A stretch of 41,199 nucleotides of DNA from NCBI GenBank assembly GCA_043822705.1, contig JBDRBK010000009.1:1-41199 (forward strand), read 5' to 3'. Under the pieces are notes generated by a model, which worked only from the letters and a program-made list of their open reading frames with translations, had not been told where the DNA came from and searched no databases. The DNA comes from Fidelibacterota bacterium (GTDB taxonomy: Bacteria; Fidelibacterota; Marinisomatia; Marinisomatales; TCS56). Of this stretch, positions 36,619 to 41,199 are shown in pieces. The position numbers were made by a program, and so were the translations under genes. The number at the start of each line of letters is the position of its first letter. The stretch's first letter is position 1.

Positions 36619-36996
36619 TTATAATCTTAAAACGACAAAAGCCTGGACTGGTGTAAGTTGTACAAAGCGAAGATGCCGGGGCGCTGATAATTCATTGCGC
36701 AACGGAACCAACGCTGAATAGCTGATATATTCGAAAAATATTTGGCGGCAGAGAAAGTCGTTGATCAGGATCAGCCGCAGGAACTGGGAATAATCGTCGG
36801 GCTGGAAGGAAATAGTCTGGGACGGAATCCACCAGGAGTAGCGCCATCTTAAAAAGTCTTCCAGATGCTGTAAGCGGTGACGATCACTGGTATTCAACAG
36901 CCGCGGATGGCGGGAATGGTAATGCATCCGCAGCAGCCGCAGATAGGCGCGGAATCTTCTCAGATTCATCTTGCCGTATGATCGGTTCATCTGCAT
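36619..36996 (-). CDS. Hypothetical Arg/Leu/aromatic-rich protein (candidate regulatory upstream ORF)
   Basis: Open frame of about 125 codons that fills the space between a predicted promoter and spt. No recognisable family; start uncertain (37020/36996/36990/36969). Confidence 0.5.
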   Translation of the reverse strand: MQMNRSYGKMNLRRFRAYLRLLRMHYHSRHPRLLNTSDRHRLQHLEDFLRWRYSWWIPSQTISFQPDDYSQFLRLILINDFLCRQIFFEYISYSALVPLRNELSAPRHLRFVQLTPVQAFVVLRL

Positions 36997-37003
36997 AGTA
37001 TAT

Positions 37004-37031
37004 ATTATATTGGAAAACATTACAATATCAA
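37004..37031 (-). promoter_or_regulatory. Sigma70-like promoter
   Basis: TTGATA (37031-37026), 16-nt spacer, TATAAT (37009-37004), oriented toward the uORF-spt-SDR unit. Confidence 0.55.
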
Positions 37032-37491
37032 AATAAAACTGTCCTGCCGGCTACTGGTAAATTCCTGGTAGCTCTCGTTGCCGCGCCCTTTATTCACTAC
37101 CGCAGCAGTATTTTTTTCAACCACTTCGTGGCTATCGGTGTGTCGCGGAACCTTGGGCTATTAACAATTAATCCCTTCGCGATTCAAATCATTAGCCCGG
37201 ATTATAACCACTACCAACCAGAACACTCCGATATACCACTATTTGCCGACGGGAACAATGGAATCAAACCGTGGCGACAGGAGACTCCCTGCGGGCTACC
37301 ACAGACCCCTTGGCGGATGTCCGCAAGACCTGTGGACGGCAATAAATCCAAGTGGGCACTGCCACAAGCTCGTTTGTGGAGGGGCACAAACCCTTCTGGG
37401 CCCGGGATTACCTAATCCGGAAGACTGATCGTGATGGCCCGGCTTTTCCGGTTCATTGAGAAAGGAACTGTTGATAGTTTTCAGCGGCAGA

Positions 37492-39075
37492 TTAATGCCC
37501 AAGAGCCTGCGCTAAAACTTCCTTTAATTCCTCAATTACAAATGGTTTTGCCAGGTAATAATTGAATCCTTGTTTCAATAATTCTTCTTTCTGTCCCTGC
37601 ATTGCATAAGCAGTTACCACGATCAATGGCACATTATCGTACTGGTTATTTGCCCGGACGGTTTTCATAAAATCAATTCCCGTCATTCCCCGTTTAAGGG
37701 CGACATCGATCATCATACAGCACACAGATTGATCCTTGAGCAGCGCAAACGCTTCCTCGCTGGTACCGGCGGTCAGGGGCTGAAGACCCAACGCTGTCAC
37801 GCCTTGTTCGATATAACTCAGGTTGTCAGGATGATCTTGAAGAATCAGGAGATTTCTTGTCTGAAGCTTATTCTGGTCAAACACCAAGTCAGATTCCGGT
37901 CGCTCCATCTGGTACTTTTCAATCTTGGCAGCAGATTTATCTTCTTTGTGCTCGGTTACATTGAAATAAAGCGTAAAAGTACTCCCCTTACCCGCTTCAC
38001 TTTCTACCTCTATTCGTCCTTTCATTAATGTCACCAGACGATTAGCAATTGAAAGGCCCAGCCCGGCCCCCTCATATTTTCGCGAAGGACCCTCATCGCC
38101 CTGACGAAACTGGGCGAATAAATAAGGTTTGAATTCCTCTTTGATTCCAATCCCGGTATCAGAGACTGACACGCTGTACTCATCCTTGTTCAGACTGGTT
38201 TGAATAGTAATCTCACCTGCATCGGTATATTTGACGGCGTTCTGCAAGATATTCAATATTGCCTGTTGGAATCGCAGTTTATCAATACTGATCTGAATAT
38301 CGGGCGCAGAATAATTCTCCCTGATTGTCAGTTCCTTGGCCTTGGCGGTAACGAAGATGTCCTGTACCGCTTTTTTCACCAAATCATCGGGAGAATGGGG
38401 CAAAATATTCAAAATAGTAGTATCGGCTTCGATATGCGAGATATCAAGGATATCATCGATTAAATCTTTCAGACGGTAACTATTACGTTTGATGGTATCG
38501 AGATACTTTCTTTGTTTTACTGCATCAATTCCATAATCAATCTGGGTTAACATCAAATCGGTATAACCAATAATAGCCGTCAACGGAGTCCGCACTTCAT
38601 GGGACATATTTCCCAAAAAGACGCTTTTCAGCCGGTCAGCCATTTCGGCTCGTTCACGAGCTTCAATCAATGCTTTTTCACTTTTCTTGCGCTCGATTGC
38701 ATATTGTATTGACCGGGACAATAAGTTACTGTCTAGTTGATCTTTGAATAAATAATCCTGTGCGCCCTCTTTGACCGCTTCTACGGCTAATTTTTCATCT
38801 TCATAGTTACCGGTCAGTACGACAATTGGCACCGAAGATTTCTTTTGCTTAAGCGGTGGCAATCCTTCGAGTCCCAGGGAATCGGGCAGTCCCAAGTCCA
38901 GCAGGATAATATCATAATGGGAATTGCCGAGCTCCTCCAGGGCAGCACGCAGACTTTCGACATGGGTCAATCCAAATTGAATTCCCGATCGTATTTCTTT
39001 TAATCTTTCCTGTAATATTCTGGCATCCGACGGATTATCTTCGACGAGCAGAATATTGATTTGATTATTGTCCAT
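37492..39075 (-). CDS. Hybrid histidine kinase (REC-HisKA-HATPase-REC)
   Basis: LLVEDN..LLDLGLPD; H-box MSHEVRTPL; NAVKYT, DTGIG, GAGLGL; C-terminal receiver (MIDV..VTA..AKP). Confidence 0.95.
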   Translation of the reverse strand: MDNNQINILLVEDNPSDARILQERLKEIRSGIQFGLTHVESLRAALEELGNSHYDIILLDLGLPDSLGLEGLPPLKQKKSSVPIVVLTGNYEDEKLAVEAVKEGAQDYLFKDQLDSNLLSRSIQYAIERKKSEKALIEARERAEMADRLKSVFLGNMSHEVRTPLTAIIGYTDLMLTQIDYGIDAVKQRKYLDTIKRNSYRLKDLIDDILDISHIEADTTILNILPHSPDDLVKKAVQDIFVTAKAKELTIRENYSAPDIQISIDKLRFQQAILNILQNAVKYTDAGEITIQTSLNKDEYSVSVSDTGIGIKEEFKPYLFAQFRQGDEGPSRKYEGAGLGLSIANRLVTLMKGRIEVESEAGKGSTFTLYFNVTEHKEDKSAAKIEKYQMERPESDLVFDQNKLQTRNLLILQDHPDNLSYIEQGVTALGLQPLTAGTSEEAFALLKDQSVCCMMIDVALKRGMTGIDFMKTVRANNQYDNVPLIVVTAYAMQGQKEELLKQGFNYYLAKPFVIEELKEVLAQALGH

Positions 39076-39080
39076 GGTGT

Positions 39081-39527
39081 TTATTCCGATGGTAATTTCA
39101 CTAAAGAAAGCCAGAATTCCTGTATCGTTTTAGCAACCCGGATGAATTCATTGAAATCTACTGGTTTTGTAATGAAGCAATTTGCACCAAGATCATAGGA
39201 CCGCTGAATATCATTTTCATTTTCCGAGGTAGTCAAAACTGCGACAGGGATTCGCCGCAAATTCACACTGGCTTTAATTTCCGCCAATACTTCCAGGCCA
39301 TTTTTCTTGGGCAGATTCAAATCGAGTAATATTATATCCGGTCGTGGAACATCAGTATAATCGCCCCTTTTTTCCAGGAAATCAATCGCCAGCTCACCAT
39401 TTTCCACTACATAAAGTTTGTTGTCAATTTCAGAATTTTTAAAAGATTCAATTGTCAGTCGGGCATCACTGGGATTATCCTCGACCAGTAGGATCTCTAT
39501 CGGTTTCTTAAAACTCCATTCCTTCAT
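39081..39527 (-). CDS. Single-domain response regulator, Rcp1-like
   Basis: LLVEDN, LLDLNLPKKNG, VLTTS, GANCFITKPVDF, EFWL..VKLP. Confidence 0.95.
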   Translation of the reverse strand: MKEWSFKKPIEILLVEDNPSDARLTIESFKNSEIDNKLYVVENGELAIDFLEKRGDYTDVPRPDIILLDLNLPKKNGLEVLAEIKASVNLRRIPVAVLTTSENENDIQRSYDLGANCFITKPVDFNEFIRVAKTIQEFWLSLVKLPSE

Positions 39528-40669
39528 ACGTCAGCTCCCTTGTCTGCTATAGTAAAATAAAATGTCGACCCTTTGTCAGGCTCGGACTCAATCCAGATGC
39601 GACCACCGTGGCGCTCAACAATTCTTTTACAGATGGCCAAGCCGATACCGGTACCGGAATATTCAGATTTAGGATGCAGCCGCTGAAAAATTAGAAAAAT
39701 GCGATCGGCATGTTTTTGATCGATTCCAATACCATTATCCTTTACCGAGAACAGCCATTCTTTGGCTTGTTTCACGGCGCTGACATGAATCTCAGGAGAT
39801 TTATCTTTTGTAAACTTCATGGCATTCGTAATAAGGTTCTGTAGTAACTGGTAAAACTGGGTCGGATCAACCGGTATCTGCGGCAGGGATTCATAGGTTA
39901 TAACGGCTTTAGTTTCTTCAATTGGAAGCTTTAAATTATCGAGAACGGTTTTTAGAATTGTTGAAGTATCAGATTTTTCCAGAGGCTTGCCTTGCCGACC
40001 CACACGCGAGTACGCCAGTAAATCCTTGATCAGTCCCTGCATGCGCTGCGCCCCGCTAACAGCGAAATCGATGAACTCCTGAGCATCGCTATCTAGTTTT
40101 TCTTTATACCGATTTTCAATTAGTTGTAGGTATAGTACAACAGCCCGCAGCGGCTCCTGGAGATCATGGGAAGCGACATAGGCAAATTGCTCCAAATCCG
40201 TATTGGAAAGCTGCAATTGTTTAGCCTGTTCGGCCAATTGTTCCTGGATTCGTTTACGTTCATCCAGTTCGGCACGAATTAGATTTTCCAGGTCGCGCAT
40301 ATGTCCGATAACTATCACAATCAATAGATTGGTCAACATCATGGCTGGTACCACTACCGAACCTTGATATTCCAGCAATTCAAATCCGTTTACTCCAACC
40401 AGATAGTACAGTAGTATAGCCAATGGTAAACTGAAGATTGCACTGATCAATCCGCGCCATAATCCGAGCAGCCAGGCTGACACAATAATTGGCAAAGCCA
40501 TGAATATACCAATTGCCACACCGATATAGGTATATAACGGGAAGAACAGCAGGGAATAGATTATATAACAGATTACCGTTACTGCAATTCGCCCAACCAG
40601 CGAGTCCCGATCGTAGGATCGTAGTAAAGCTTCAAATGTCCTCAATTTACTTTGAATATTTTCTTTCAT
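39524..40669 (-). CDS. Membrane-bound sensor histidine kinase with phytochrome-type kinase core
   Basis: About 4 N-terminal TM helices; LEQFAYVASHDLQEPLR, NAMKF, DNGIG, IFQRLH, GTGIGLA. Confidence 0.95.
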   Translation of the reverse strand: MKENIQSKLRTFEALLRSYDRDSLVGRIAVTVICYIIYSLLFFPLYTYIGVAIGIFMALPIIVSAWLLGLWRGLISAIFSLPLAILLYYLVGVNGFELLEYQGSVVVPAMMLTNLLIVIVIGHMRDLENLIRAELDERKRIQEQLAEQAKQLQLSNTDLEQFAYVASHDLQEPLRAVVLYLQLIENRYKEKLDSDAQEFIDFAVSGAQRMQGLIKDLLAYSRVGRQGKPLEKSDTSTILKTVLDNLKLPIEETKAVITYESLPQIPVDPTQFYQLLQNLITNAMKFTKDKSPEIHVSAVKQAKEWLFSVKDNGIGIDQKHADRIFLIFQRLHPKSEYSGTGIGLAICKRIVERHGGRIWIESEPDKGSTFYFTIADKGADV

Positions 40670-40723
40670 CCTTACGATCCTTTCACAAACCTGAAAACGG
40701 CTTTTATTACCTTGACAGGTGAA

Positions 40724-41113
40724 TCATCTGATAAAACGAAAAACCATTGAGATAACATCGCGTACAGTCAGCGGCTTGTTTAAATAACCATCGGCACCAT
40801 ATCTTATCGCTTGTTCAATTACGTCTTCTTTCAAGTAGGCGGAAATCATTATCACATGTATTTTGGGGTTATGATCCATTATCTTCTTCAAGACTTCAAT
40901 ACCATCATCCCGACCCAGTTTCACGTCCAGAAATATTACTGAATAGGGATTGTTAAGTGCTTTTTTCAGACCTGAATCACCATCATAAGCGACATCGACG
41001 TTGACACCGTAGACGGTGAATAAATCGATGAAAAATTCACAGATATTTACTTCATCGTCGATGACCAGCACTGTTTTTGAATTTGGTTTAGTAGAATTCA
41101 GTTTACTTTTCAT
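40724..41113 (-). CDS. Single-domain response regulator
   Basis: VLVIDDE, IFLDVKL, ISA, LNKP. Start placed at MKSK after AGGAAG. Confidence 0.92.
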   Translation of the reverse strand: MKSKLNSTKPNSKTVLVIDDEVNICEFFIDLFTVYGVNVDVAYDGDSGLKKALNNPYSVIFLDVKLGRDDGIEVLKKIMDHNPKIHVIMISAYLKEDVIEQAIRYGADGYLNKPLTVRDVISMVFRFIR

Positions 41114-41198
41114 TTTGTACTTCCTGCCCATTTTTTGGAATCATTAAATATGAATTGGGATTCATCTCCATTGATGAACTATCAATTATCTTGGGTGT
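41103..41198 (-). CDS. Possible 3' end of an upstream CDS truncated by the window edge
   Basis: Stop-free frame from the edge (..TPKIIDSSSMEMNPNSYLMIPKNGQEVQNEK*) whose stop overlaps the regulator's start region; too short to identify. Confidence 0.35.
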   Translation of the reverse strand, partial: TPKIIDSSSMEMNPNSYLMIPKNGQEVQNEK

Positions 41199-41199
41199 T

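Noticed and set aside
37128..37502. Three short overlapping ORFs (95, 61 and 68 aa)
   Set aside because: They overlap one another, have no motifs, and coincide with the hairpin cluster.

Overview
This is a bacterial chromosomal window, most plausibly from an FCB-superphylum diderm such as Marinimicrobia. That assignment is an inference from the T9SS-type C-terminal domains, a GWxTD protein, a heptose kinase and Shine-Dalgarno-led genes. Bases 1-16.6 kb are a tightly packed minus-strand housekeeping run; in order of transcription it is NYN/YacP nuclease-smpB-tyrS, trxA-trxB, a degenerate ABC ATPase, HDAC, PspC, hldA, a beta-propeller, GWxTD, a degenerate isocitrate/isopropylmalate dehydrogenase, RNase HI, rmlA, mreBCD and partial mrdA. 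A tRNA-Leu(CAG) lies at about 16.8 kb. Bases 17-37 kb hold mixed-orientation accessory genes: a DUF819 membrane protein, a FecR/barrel fusion, an Fe-S D-lactate dehydrogenase, secreted hydrolases, an acyl-CoA dehydrogenase, an amidase, and a serine-palmitoyltransferase-like gene plus SDR. The window ends in an AT-richer two-component cluster. The best candidate for an undescribed system is a putative sphingolipid operon (spt-SDR). Its ribosome-binding site sits in a hairpin whose 5' arm begins 3 nt after the stop of an orphan upstream ORF, which suggests uORF-dependent translational control. I found no integrase, transposase, CRISPR array or rRNA. All protein calls come from motif recognition by eye, not from database searches.
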